Source: Ophelia neglecta
Taxonomy: Eukaryota
Length of the DNA stretch: 64,000 nucleotides
NCBI GenBank assembly: GCA_965285935.1
Contig: OZ260665.1
Span: 52,266,001-52,330,000, forward strand
Direction: 5' to 3'
Positions 27,301 to 40,670 of the stretch are shown one piece after another; position 1 is the first letter of the stretch, and every line of letters begins with the position of its first letter. The translations under genes were made by a program, and so were the position numbers. The notes beneath the pieces are model-generated. The model was not told the origin of the DNA and made no database searches. It saw only the letters and a list, made by a program, of their open reading frames with translations.

Positions 27301-30300
27301 GGACAAAGCAGGGGCTACAAAGCAATGCTTTCATGTTCCAGCTATGGTGGGTTACAAAAAGGGAGGCATGGCCCAGATCATTGGCCAAAGGATTTAACCA
27401 GACTAGTTTTTAAGCATACTGAAGATTGATTTGATAGTATTGAAATAAGTGATATTTATGTCAAGCAAGGAAACAGGAAAGCCTGTTCTATGGACCTAGA
27501 ATGGTGGTAACCTAGTATGGCCCTGGCACTGTGGTGCTGTGGTGATACCGTGCTACTGCAAAGGTACCGGCCAAGGCCAGGTAGCCTGCTTACGTGAGAA
27601 GTGTGTTCTCCCTTTCACAGTCAGCTTTGGGAGGCCAGGTTTAAGAGAGTATGAATATAATTGAAAAATAGAAATAACAAGCAGTGCTCTCCTATCACAC
27701 CTGCGTGCAGACATGAGTGGAGCAGATTGCTCTCCTCCCTGTCCCCCAAAATAATAATCCATATGTACATGTATGTGCTAATTGTTTATTAATAAAAAGA
27801 AAATACTGATTGAAATTAATAGTTATTTATAAAAATGAAAATGGTGGAATACCCTATGTAGTTTACCATATTGTTTTAAAATAAAAACAGCCTTACTGTG
27901 GAGGTGTGAGTGCCTAGCAATTGTAAGAGCTGACAAAGAAAACCATAACTATCCAGAACTGAGGCTGTCTCTAGACAAATCAAACTTTAACTGCCCAGAA
28001 CTTAGTCTAGAGCAGACAAAGTAAACCTTAGCTTTCTAGAAATGAGGCTATGTCCAGAGCAGACGGATCAAAACTGTTAAAGTGAGAAGGATACATTCTA
28101 GACAGAGTGAGTTCTTCTAGCCAGACATGGACAAATCTAAAGGTAGACTGCTCTTGTTTATCTCTTGCTCTTTACTTATAAAAATCAGATTTCTAATTGA
28201 TTTCTTAGCCCTCCATCATGTAATCATAATCACATGATATGCCATATATATCACTAACCCATGTGTCTATGACATTTGTTTTACATCAAAATAAAGGCAG
28301 AGCAGGTGATTATGTAAGGTAAATACCAGTAGAGTGAGGAAAGAGGAAATCGCAGCTTTTAATGAAGGAATCAATAAAGCTACGTAAAGAATCACAACGA
28401 TGTTATTTGATTCTGTGTTGCCTGAACTGGACATGAGATCATGTCCTAATTGAGCTGATTGTGTTCTAGCTAAGGCAGGTACATGTACATGTGTATGGTT
28501 CTTTGGTTAATTGCATGTGTCATTTGTGGAGAGAGCTGGGTGGGTGGCCAATTCAAAACTTTAAACTAACCATGATTCTTTTTCCTAACACATACTTCAG
28601 CGGAATGGGGCTGAAAGCAATCTGTTATGCCCAGGCCATTTACTGACTATTGGCCTTTCTCTTCCTGCATTCCATCTCGTTCATGCCGCCCTTCTTGGAT
28701 GGCAAATCACTTCTCAGGTAGCAAATTCTGGAAAAGCCTGAAGTCTGCATGCACAAGGACATAAACAAGTTTTGGAGAAGCTGTATTGGCACGAGTATTA
28801 TGCCCGAGTTAATTGCCTCGGCTAGGCAGCTAATGTCTCTCCCCCTTGAGGATTTACTGTGTGCCATTACCATATTCCTGAACCCCTCATCAGCAGCCAT
28901 TGGCTCAACCTGGGATTTCTGCCTAGAACCAGCACCTTATATTATTATGCGAATGTCTGACAGGTCATTATAATGACTCTAGGAACAATTCATTAGATGG
29001 TTAATATGCATGTGCATATAAGTAGAGCTATCAAGGATGAATTACAAGGAAATGAAGTTCCTTTATTTAAGTCTCTTGAGTTATTGATGCATCAATTGAC
29101 ATTCAAAATAAGCATGATTACCGGTGGCTTGTTGTTAAAGAAATGATTAATCTATTAAACATTATGTATTATGGTTTAGATATGCAGTATATCAGGTAAC
29201 ATGTATTTTGGTTGTCCATCATACTGCAAAAGATATGAACTATTCCTCTCAAGGAAGTTTCACAATAATATAAACACAAACTATGGATTTTGGCTCTGTG
29301 GTATCTCTTGCATCTCTTGTACAGTTGTTGGTTTCTAGAGAATTAGAATTTATCAGAAAAAAGTTTATTCATTATCAAGAGTGTGAGCTATAAAGTCATA
29401 ATTTAAGGATGATGCCAGCAGAATAATAGCCCTGTATTTGTAACCAATGCATCAGATCTACATCAAACTAAACATGCTCATGAATCCATCATGTCTTCCA
29501 AGTGATTCCTCAGTGATTCCTTTCCTCAAAAGAGGTGTGACATAATCTTTAATCCATACCCGGTTCCTGTACAGGGATTCTCCATTAGCTTAAACACTCG
29601 CCACCTTTCAGGTTATTTGGTTTCAGGCCGCTCAATAAAGTCACTTTAAAGGGGAAGCTGGTTTTCTTGTAGGAGACGGAGCCTGTACTGGTTCCCAGAA
29701 GTTGAGAAGTCTTGTTATTGGTGTCGAGTGGAGCTTGTTATGACATGGATGATTCCTCGCCAACAATCCAGCCCAGTCGCTCAGCCGACACCATTTAGTA
29801 GAGGTTTTTAGGCTGCAGAGGAACTTAGGCTGCAGCTTATTATCTGGTGTGAAGTGTATTTTCTGTCTACAGTAAACACATGTACCCATTATTCTCAGGA
29901 TTGGACTTTATCAACCAGCCACTCAGTTCTAACATCTTTTTGGAAGGAGTTGTTAATTTTGTGAGCTCAGGGATATCTGAACATGATTGAGGTCACAGGT
30001 GGTTTTGTTCTCAATTATCTGGAGAGATTATCATGGAAATAGTTAATTATGAATTTAGTTTGGACCGTAACATCTCAAATATTGACTGGATTGATACACA
30101 TAATGAAAGTACCATTTTGATCTGATAGAAGACTGATTATTTTTCCTATTTGAGGTTTAGAAAATAATGATCTTTTGTGCCAAACGTGGGGGCATGTGAC
30201 TTGTATTTAAGTAACAAAGTCACTTTGTTAGACTAAAGTTATCAAATTCCAAAAATAAGCTATAGCCAAGACTTGTTATACAACTCATGTTGCATCCTTT

Positions 30301-30537
30301 CTTGGATATTCATCTCGTGTTTGATTATAACAGTAATTGAAATTGTTGTACACCCTGTTTTCTGTTTCTCAGTCTGCACCAGTTACCATTTTCTCATCAT
30401 TACAATAATTATAAGGATGTGAATACATACTGTATATAACAAAAGTTAAGATTATACTGAATCAATTTTTTTCTTTAATTGATATATTTATACATGTTCA
30501 TACATATTAATTACTTAAATTGAATTAATTTAAAATA

Positions 30538-30557
30538 TTTTTTTTTTTTTTTTTTTT
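30538..30557. repeat. Poly(T) run, about 20 nt
   Basis: Direct reading. Confidence 0.8.
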
Positions 30558-31662
30558 ATTAAGATTTATATACTTTCAGTTTCCTTGATAATGAGAGAGA
30601 TATTTATTTGTATCCCAGTTCATCCTTCATTTCTGTTTATGATGTTCACTGTTTGAATGTTTTCCTGTGTACTGTATTCTATGTACATGTGTTAATTTAA
30701 CTGTGTTTGCCTAGTTTTTAAATGGTTGATAAATCTGTCTTCCATACCGTTACATGCTTTGGCCTGATTAATGTATTTACTAACCTAACCTGTCTAATGA
30801 CAGTATATCATAAGTACTTGTATTAGAACATGAAATGCTTGAAACTTTTATTTTTGCTCATTTTTAATTTTGATGATTAATACCTGTACGACAAAGCAAG
30901 CTGCTGACACTCATAATGTATCTGGAAAAAAGTCCATGTTAATTCACTTCTTACCATTGTCATTCACCCAATATGACATAAGATTTTCTCTCTTCTGATT
31001 TTTCATTTCTAAATTACAAAACTATTTGTCCTGCTTGAAACTCTCTGTCTGGCAGATCAATGAGAATTGTATACTTAGTTTTAGTAGTTGTTTCAAGAAA
31101 AATGATGAATTAATTTCAGTTACACATGAAAATAGAAGCCATGGAAGGGCAGTTGTTAGGAAGAAATATTTTATCCTGTATAGATACGGCATGATTCCTT
31201 ACAAAGCCAAATTAGTAGAGCAATTACTGCCAGGATTCATTCCTTTGTACTTGGGCACTCAGGCCATGTACAAAACATTGGAAACTTCCGACATTTCCTT
31301 CAAAATCTTAATTAATCTAGAAATGATTTAGAAATACGTGATTTTGGAATCTAAACTTTAAAAAACCAAAGAAAAAGCAGAATGTTCTGATGTGATTAGT
31401 ATGACAAAGACAATATTGTGGCTAAAAAAAACCATGTTTTGACCAAATTGTTTTTCCACAGTCATGTACATGTCCTTGAATGCATAGTTTATGGTTAACA
31501 ACTTGCTTTGTGTAGCAGTGTTTTCTACTAAGTAGTTATTGTTGTTTTATCTAAGAAACTTGCATCTTTAAATGCTTATTTTTAAGGCTAGTTTGACAAA
31601 GCTCAGCCAAGTTTAAAAAGCATGTTATTGTGCATGATGATATAGCATGCTTTTTGTTGTAG

Positions 31663-32394
31663 GTTTTGAGTCAGACGATGACTATGAAGAACATGATCGT
31701 CACATAATTGAGCAAACTCGCCGCAATAAAGGAAATAAGTATGGTGCTTTGCCGGTGGACGATCCTAACTCGGCTGCCAGGCGCAGCGGGAGAGTTCAGG
31801 GCAGTTCCCGGTGTCCTAGCACCCACAAACAGCACCCTCTGAGTGCTCATAGTGACACCAACCTAAACCACAAGAGTTCTCACCACAGCAGCACCAGTAG
31901 TCTGGACAGTGGAGGCCACAGGAACACCCGCAACTTCAGCTCCTCCCTCTCACACTCCAGATACTACCCTAATGCTGCGTCTACTGGCAATATAAACTCT
32001 AGTCATTCTGAACCTGCAAGTAGGAGAAGTTACATGGACTCTAAAGCCATGAGCACCAGTAGTGATAATGTGGGTCATAAAAACTCTCCAGCGGCTCGTG
32101 ACCAGCAATACACAAACTCAGGAGAAGGGAAGGAGGGCAGCCACATCTATAACACGAGTCCCTATCACGACCGCTGTTATCACCAGAATGATACAGCCTA
32201 CCAAGACAATGATACCGCCTACCATGACAATGATCTTGTGTGCCCCCCCAGGGACCAGCAACCCCCCCATGACAACCAGCAGGCCCCGCCCGGCAACCCT
32301 CCCGTTCTGGGTGAGGTGGAGGAAAGCGAGGAAGAATACCAGGAGGAGATCTTTAACCGCAAACCTAACGCCTACATTCGGACAGCAGAAGGAG
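31663..32394 (+). CDS. lin-10: lin-10/APBA large N-terminal low-complexity exon ((G)FESDDDYEEH...AYIRTAEG)
   Basis: 732-nt GC-richer open frame (ORF 31647-32411), acceptor tttttgttgtAG, donor GAG|GTagag, phase 1-1. Ser/His/Asp/Pro-rich, likely disordered. Confidence 0.85.
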
Positions 32395-33764
32395 GTAGAG
32401 ATATGTTTTGATTTTGTGGTGGCGGGTTATGGAGCTATGTTTCTTATACATCAACTCTTCAACATTTACGTCTCAGAAATTGATTGCACTTCAAAACAGA
32501 CACCCTGACACCCACAAAGCACAGAATGTGACCACATTTGGTTACACCAATCATTTTCTTTTGGCACTCAGCATCTGCAGTTTAATTAAGCCTACTCCCC
32601 ATTCATTCCTGCATGTTCTGTTTATCACCCAACTCATTACCAGCTCAGACCGACTGTACCTTGATTATATTAATTCACAATGCGGGTAAGCTGTGAGTAT
32701 GACTTCACCATCAAGACACGCAATCAATTAATCCTTGTCATGTTACCTAATGCGTATTTACTTCAGTTCTTTTTAGGCAATTCATCGAAAGGCATGCACA
32801 AGTTTAATGCTTTGATTCATGGCCCACTATTGATGATTGTGTTCAGTTGAACTGGTTCTGTGTTTGCCCCACACTGACAATGCTCTGCTGAAGATTTTAA
32901 TACCACTAAGATTTCACCTAATTCACTTCAAAATGAGTGAACTGAACATTTCCGCTAGCCTAAAACAATCACATTCTGTGATTTTAGTCCACAGACTGTA
33001 CAAAGCCAATGATCAAATTGCATTTAGAACAATTTTTGCCGTAGGCACATGTCAACCCATGCTTTCCTAGCTGCATATTGGACTTTGAATGTGTTTTTGA
33101 TGGGCTGAATAATCAAATGGTATGGGGTGTTTTATGCATATCCTGTGCATTATGCAGTATTATCAGCATTTTGGACTGAAATCATATTTTGTGTGTTTCT
33201 TAATAATGGCTATCGCCTTGTCATTATTCCTTCCATTAGAACCTATTGGTTTGGTCCTCCTAAAAGGTATTGACTTGCACAATATAAATGCAATGAAATC
33301 ATTGACCCTTGGCTAAATGCATGATCAGTCACTAATAATGAAAGACCATTCACATGTCCTTTTGTTAGAAATATGATAAAAATCATCTGGGTATTGACTG
33401 ATTATGTTTACGATCAAGCAATGTTCTGATAGTTCACTATTTTTTCTTTCAAAACATGTTGTCATTGAAATTAACTTTCCAAATGTTAACTTGCTATGTA
33501 AGCTTTCATTCCAATACTGCATCTTCCTTTCCAATATACATTAGCTTACCAAAAATATGAATATTCTTTTTATAACCTAACAACTTGCTTTATGTTCGAA
33601 ATCTGTCCACTGCTTTGCACGAATAACATTAATGATTGTCATTAATATCTTTGCTGACCTGTTATTACAATAATGTCCTGTTTAACAAATTTGTTCATTG
33701 TGTAGGCCATTGTTTGATAGTGTTTCAGCTCTATACAGTACTATATGGTTATTATTTCTTGCAG

Positions 33765-33874
33765 ACTTTGACACAGATGAGGAGACTGACGAGCTGCTGG
33801 ACAAGCAGTATGCCAGCAATGAAAAGGTGGACATCCCTGAGCTCAGCAGACCTCCCGTCAACAGGAGCGCCCAG
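33765..33874 (+). CDS. lin-10: lin-10/APBA exon ((D)FDTDEETDELLDKQYASNEKVDIPELSRPPVNRSAQ)
   Basis: Acceptor ttatttcttgcAG, donor CAG|GTagtc, 110 nt, phase 1-0. Confidence 0.88.
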
Positions 33875-34584
33875 GTAGTCATGAATATTAACAGGCATTT
33901 ACTCCTTGGTTCTGTGAAATTGCCCTGAATGCTAGGTTACAGCCAGAGAAATTCTGAGAATTAAACTTATTAAGAAAAGCAATTGACATGTGTTAGTTGA
34001 CTTGACAGCTAGTGGAGTTCCAATGATGGATTGTTTAGTAATAACTTACTAGCTAGCATGTAAAGAATGAACCCTTGAAATCATATTAAAACATGTCACT
34101 GTGTAAGCTAGATGTACGTGTTAATATCAGTCTATTCACATGGGTAACACAAGTTATTTGATTTGTTAATAATGCCAACTCCCAAGTGTAAACAACAAGG
34201 TCACCTAGAGATAAACAGACCAAAATGGACAGTGAATACATATTTGCCTGTTTCTTTGTGGTGGTGAAAGAGAGACAATATTGTACCTGCAGGTAACAGG
34301 TAGCCTTCTATCAGTGTATAGTATTGAGGCAGCTGAAGCAGCAATACCAAAACTGGCCTCATAAGGCTGAAAACATAAAAATTCTTTACTTGTGAAGATT
34401 TTTTTTCGACCTAACCCATTTATTTTGTAACAATATTACAGCCAGTACTTGATCTCACCTGCTGCCCGGCTCAGTTATATTTCACACTCAAAATATCTGC
34501 ATTAGCAGTAATGTAACTGACATAACACAATTACCATGGTCTAGGCCAAGCTTTAGTCAGAACCATAAATAATTTCTGTTTCAG

Positions 34585-34615
34585 GCTGAAAAGCGTCGAT
34601 CGCGAGCCCGTGAAG
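34585..34615 (+). CDS. lin-10: lin-10/APBA 31-nt exon (AEKRRSRARE)
   Basis: Acceptor tttctgtttcAG, donor AAG|GTGAGc, CpG-rich. Its phase 0-1 is what is needed to join 33874 (phase 0) to 37572 (phase 1). Confidence 0.85.
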
Positions 34616-36364
34616 GTGAGCAGGAGTCATGTAAGCTATCTATTTTATCTTATTTTGTGTGGCCCATGTCTCTAGAGTAGTTCACACAAAATAAGGTGAG
34701 TGAAAACCACAAAACAAGTGTTCCTGTGAACAAAAAATTATATTGCTATGAAAAATAGTAAATTACACATTTGATTAGGCAGAAAACAAATAGAATAAAT
34801 TGACATCAAATTAATATGAAAAATAAATTCAAGTGTTTTAAAAATCAAATTAGATAAAGACTGGGAATAAATCAACTACATTCTTTTTGAGCAATCATTG
34901 GTGGTTGGTAGCTGTTAGAAGTTATGTTATTTCCTTTTTTCTCTTACATTTCTAGACATTCAGTTGGTAGTTACTCCTGTCCAGTTTTTATTTAATTTTT
35001 AAATGTATATCCTGATCTCAGTTGGGGGTTGGCCATATTCTACTTTCATCAGCGTCTTTTGAGTGTTATTAGTTTGATGATTTGTCTTCCATTTTCATCA
35101 CAATCCAGTCACTCTATAGAGGTGTTGCTTACCGTGTACATATAGTTTCAGTGTAAAAAAGAGAGAATGTGTTTGTGTATGCACATAACAGTGCATACAA
35201 ATTTATGACAGGCATTGAGATTAATACAGCCTATGCATGTGTACATATATATCTTTGTTAAGTTATCAGTATCATGCTTTATAGATTAGTTATGTAACTA
35301 GTCACTCCAACCCAATGGTTACCCAATGGTTACCCAGGGAATTCTAAGCTCTTTGAAGGCTTTTGGTTTTGCTCACCTTATAAGACCCATTGCATTCATC
35401 AAACTATGAATATGTTATCCATATACTGTATAGTGGATTTTCCTAATGATACTGATGTAACCAATAAGTTAATTAAGGTGCAAGTCTGTAAAACATCTGT
35501 ACATTCTTGAAAGTATTGTCTGAATAATTGGCTCAGTTAAATATATTTGTTAAGGTTTTCTGCTTAGATTAGTTGTCTATTTTATGAAGAACATTTGTAA
35601 TAAAAAGTCTGGATAGGTGCTGCATGCTGCATAAAGTGTCTCAACGGAAAGCTCAAGTCTTCTGAGGAAATTTAGTTTTCTGGTCTATAAGATGAATAGG
35701 CATTTATTAATCCAAGTCTTACAAGCCTAAAGAGTATTTTTGTAGTTGACTTTTTAAGAGGAAACCCGCCAATTTTTATATAGCAGAGAATCACATCTTA
35801 ATTGCTCTAAATGTGCACCAAATGTTACTGACTGCCTCTGAGTGTTGCACTCTCTGTTCTATTTTGTGCCTCCCCTCTCCTCCGATGTCTCCTCATTGCT
35901 GATGCCATGGTAAGTTGTTATATCGGTCATCGTAAATAAGTATGGTATTAGTTTGTAGCTTGGTCATAGTATTGAAATGAAGTATTGAAAGTGTGCATAG
36001 GTTCCAACATAATTACAAAGAAGCGTTACTGTTGCAATGATTGTCTTTGGGTTGCTGCATAAATAATTATTATTTAACTAAGTACTGCATATTAAATAAT
36101 TATTATTTGGCATAAATTTTGATGTATAAGTAATTTCAACTGCTTATGGATAATACAAAAAGGAGAGTTACTTTAGTTTTTTTTACATGTTTGATCAAAT
36201 TGTATAATTGTAGAATTACTACTTGTTTGTTATCAGTATACTTAGTATACCAGCAGTTTGGTAATGGGTTTATGCCAAATATTTATGCAATCACTTCAAC
36301 CACATTATTGAAGCAGTTTTCTCCATCATAAAAGTGAATAAAAGTACCAATAAGCTTGGGGGAC

Positions 36365-36572
36365 TCTACCTGTACTGGTATCTCTACTTGACCTGTACTG
36401 GTACGTCTACTTGACCTATACTGGTACATCTACTTGGCCTCTACTGGTACATCTATTTGACCTGTACAGGTACGTCTACCAGTACTTGTCCTGTACTGGT
36501 AAATCTATTTGACCTGTACTGGTACCTCTACTTGACCTGTACTGGTACCTTTACTTGACCTGTACTGGTACA
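36365..36572. repeat. Minisatellite, about 23-bp unit, about 9 copies
   Basis: Unit ctacttgacctgtactggtacat with substitutions. Confidence 0.92.
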
Positions 36573-37571
36573 TGTTTATTTGCAGAAAGGGGGCTATATC
36601 AAAGAACACTATCGTGTGCGATTCAGGTTTCCTCTCCCTCTTTACAAAGGGACTATCTGATAAACCTAGCTGTAAAAGTTAGATTGTAATACGTAATATG
36701 ATAGACTCTTGCAAGGTTTATTCCAATCTTTTTTAAAAAAACAAAACAAACTTGTATACATGTAATTTTTTTCTCATATCTTCTTTGCACATTCTTTATT
36801 AGTTATATGAATTATATATATTGTGCCTGTGTGTCAAAATAAGTTTTGTTTCAAGTTTTGATTAGCTGGATCAAGCATCTTAAATCAACCATAAAACATA
36901 TGGTGGTGCAGCATGGCTGGCACAATAGGCTGGATTCTTTTGTTACAATGTCATATGATATGATATTATATGCATAAAGAAGACCAAAGCCATTACTACT
37001 ACTGTTCATGTACAAGTAGAACAGCCAGCCTTTTGTACCAGATCAAATGTATGTGTTCCCAGTACCTATTATTTAAATGTGGACAAGTATCACTACCAGT
37101 ACAAGTCGACATATTGATTGTATATTTTTAGTTTTTTTAAGGCAGGTCCATTAGAGTCCCATGTAATTAAATCACCAATTGTCCTAAAACAGAATGTTAG
37201 TTAAGTTTGGTGTTGAATTAGGCGTCGTAAAGTGGAATTAAGAGCAAAATATTCCTTTACTACATGTAGTACATATTTTGGGGCATTCATTTTTAGCAAC
37301 AGACGTTCCGGTAGTCTTTTGGGTGTATTTTTGTCTAGAATAAAGGTGGTGGATGTTTTGTCTATGCAAGGAGCTTCATTAAATTAAGGAAGCTAGGAAC
37401 AAAAAAATCAGGATTTTATTGGAACAATTTTATACATATATGTAAATTATGTTCAGTTTGATTCTTAATAAACAAGGGCCTGTTTTTCCACCTTTAATAG
37501 TAAGACTAAATATTGTCATCATACTAAATGTAAACACAGACATTAATAACTAGTGCGTTTGTTATCTGCAG

Positions 37572-37723
37572 TGACGCTGCGTGATCCTGATGACGAGACA
37601 GTTTTAATTGAAGGTGTGTTGTTCCGAGCACGTTACCTGGGGTCCACCCAGTTGATCTCGGAGGGCAATCCATCAAAAGCCATGAGGATGATGCAGGCTC
37701 AGGAGGCTGTCGGCAGAATCAAG
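37572..37723 (+). CDS. lin-10: lin-10/APBA PTB domain exon 1 ((V)[50 protein letters not shown])
   Basis: Recognisable Mint/X11 PTB N-terminus ([19 protein letters not shown]). Acceptor ttatctgcAG, donor AAG|GTcaga, phase 1-0. Confidence 0.96.
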
Positions 37724-40664
37724 GTCAGAGCCCACCTCCTCTCTACTCTATCTAAATATCCTCCACAGGCCTACAACATACATCTCCAACTCCCAATACT
37801 CGTACATCATACATGTCTTGTGTCCTCTCGCAGTCTGTCAATGTCAGCCTCAGTGTCAACCCTCATAAACACACAACAGGATCCTGCACCAGGCACATCT
37901 ATATTAGCTTCTAGAAACGACTAGCCTTCCTCAGAGAGTAGTAACTCTCTAATATGACAAAGTAACCAAAGAGGCACGGTAATTGTAAAAGATTTGCTAT
38001 TTGAAACTCTTGAGAGTAATGTGATAATTTCATCCATCAAACTTATCCCTAACAATTTACAGCTTCTCAGTTTCAATAGTAATACAATACTGCTATACCA
38101 GTTCCTCTAAATTTGGAGACTTCAGAATAAAATAGATCTATTCAGTGGATGATATAATGAGTGGAGGCCACACCACAGAGCCATGTCACATTTTTGGTAG
38201 CCAATCAGACAGTGGACACAAAAAGGAAAGTGTCAACTGTCTTTGGATTACTGATTTCATGGCTTATTCTTTCTGTCAAAGTCTTTGGAATTAAATGATC
38301 TATTCTAACAGAACTAAATGGTCTAATGCATACCTACTGTACATGTAATTGGTGTACAGTTATGCAGTTGTATGTATCACTTATACTTTAAATAAAGGAT
38401 CGCATGTTAATGTATTTCATTTTGCACGAATTTGCTATAAATGTAAATTTAGATTTAATTTGATATTTGATGTGGTCAATTCTCATTTCTATTTTGTGTC
38501 ACATTATAGTAGATTTTTCTTCATAACCAAGAGGGCAGTAGACATTGTAATAATGAACTTATCACACTTCGTTAACTATAATTATAATTTGATGTACATA
38601 TGTGAGCATCCAACACTTAATTGTCTGACCCAAAAATTCTTTTTATCAACAGAGGCAACATTTTTGTTCACCCAAATTGTTTGTAAAGATACATGTACCT
38701 GCACTGGACAACTGTCTATATTTTTTCTTAATGTGTTAAACATCCAACATTTATTTTGCTAAGCTTTATCAAACACTGGTAACATCATACTTGGGGTTTC
38801 TCTCCTGATGCCCTTGAATGGCATCCATTGCTGTCACAATCTCATTGCTTCTGTGTCCGGCACATTTCATGCTCTCATGAGACAAACTGCTTGTTGTAAG
38901 GCTACCCAAGTTTACATTAGAATAATGGTGGCCAGTCCATGGCGTGTCAGCTAGTGTTTCTGACCTTACCTCATTATCTGAAGCCAGAACATTTCATAGT
39001 AGTATTGACCTATCAATGTCCTCACCCAGATGCAAAGTAACTTTCATTTAAATAATCAACTGACAGTCCCTAGACTTCTGATTTTTTTTTCTTGTGTATC
39101 AATAGTTATATTCAAGTGTGGTGCTATGACACTGTATATAAAGATAGATAGTTTATACAAAATAAAGGACTACATGTATACCTTTGTCCTGTGCCCTGAA
39201 ACAACTCATTTCTCTTCCCAGTCTAAATACACACATAAAAGTGTCTGCAACTGGTTGTGCTGTACAGTGTACACATCCTATGGTTAAAAAAAAGATGATT
39301 GAAATAGAAATATTCTTTAGCCTGTTTCCTTGACTGTCAATGGTACTTTAGCCATACAAGCCAATGATAATTAACCAGTATATATCATAGGCTGATTTTT
39401 TTTTTAATATCTCCGTTTATGGTGAAGTTTAATAGTCAGTCCTTACACGACAGACCAATGTACTAGTACATGTCTTATTAAGTCGGCTCCCCATTTCTTT
39501 CCATCTGTTGTTTTATTCTCCATCAATCAACAGACCTTGCCCAGCTATTGGTTGCATGCTTAGTAGATTTACCTGTGAATCCCCTTGTTTTGTGATAGCA
39601 AACATGTTCAGCGTGAAAGCAAATGAGAAAAAACAATGAAACAATTGCCAGTTATTTATTCAAAACCATCTGAATCTTCGGTCATAAAATATTTTGTTTT
39701 CGGTTTGAATAGAGTTTCACTTATGAAAATTTTATAACTTTAAGGCTATAGTTTGTTAGAAATTAGGATTGCTTCAAGCAAAAAGGAAAAAAAAACCTAG
39801 GGGAGTGGGGACAGGGGGGAAAACACAGACACACAAAAAGCATGAGTATTAAATATAAAAAAATAGATCACAAACACAGCTTACATGTGATATAATTTCT
39901 GATAAGCTTCAACATCAGGGCAATTAGTGAATATATTAGAATATATTTTGGCAAACAGTGCTCATACTTAACCATTCAATTTGTGTATATCCAAAGAACA
40001 ATTTAACCCAAAGCTAGGCATGCAGGGATACAGTGATTATAAACATATAATTTTATATGTTGAGGACACCTTAGAAACATTATTCTCCAAAATCAATAAG
40101 AATCTACTAGAAATCTAATAAGCTATCCAAAACTATAAGATTGATGTCTCCAGGATAAAAGGATCAGGTATTAATGCCATATGCTGCTTATCAGTAGATG
40201 TTTGTTCGAGCTCCTCGTTGAAGCATGAATTTTTTTTATTAGAGTAAAGCCTGCTTGACTGTTAGTTTTAAATGCAGATGTTATCATCAACTCAATATCA
40301 GCCAGTATTTTATTAGAGGTACACTTTAAGACAGTTTGTGACTGAGTTTGCATGTTTCAGTAATGCTTTTTACCAGTTATTCCACCCCCAGCATGACCAG
40401 AAGTTACCATGTGGTGCGTTTTGTCAGATCTTTGGCATGGACTAAATATTATAATCATTAACTTGTACTTACAAAATGACTAAATGTATGAAATAATAGA
40501 CACTTGATGTGTTATGTTAGCAGATAATGATGTATAACCAATTAATTGTGACTCATTTTATTTTCTGATCATGTCACAAAAGTACTAAATTGATGCCTTT
40601 TCAACAGATTGTTTTTCTAAATCTAACTTTTTTCCTTGACTTGTCCTCCAATTATGTGATTCAG

Positions 40665-40670
40665 GCCTCG
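40665..40670 (+). CDS. lin-10: Candidate 6-nt microexon (Ala-Ser) inside the PTB domain
   Basis: CTAAC branch-like motif (40623), pyrimidine tract, then ttcAG|GCCTCG|GTAAGT. Frame-preserving in a phase-0 intron. Confidence 0.62.

Noticed and set aside
27950-28140. Faint 40-45 bp periodicity (ccagaac..gtctagag.agac)
   Set aside because: Too degenerate to define a unit without computation.
28640-28973. Overlapping 74-86 aa ORFs on both strands
   Set aside because: No recognisable homology, codon bias or compatible splice sites.
32062-32508. 148-aa overlapping ORF
   Set aside because: Alternative frame of the real exon 31663-32394.
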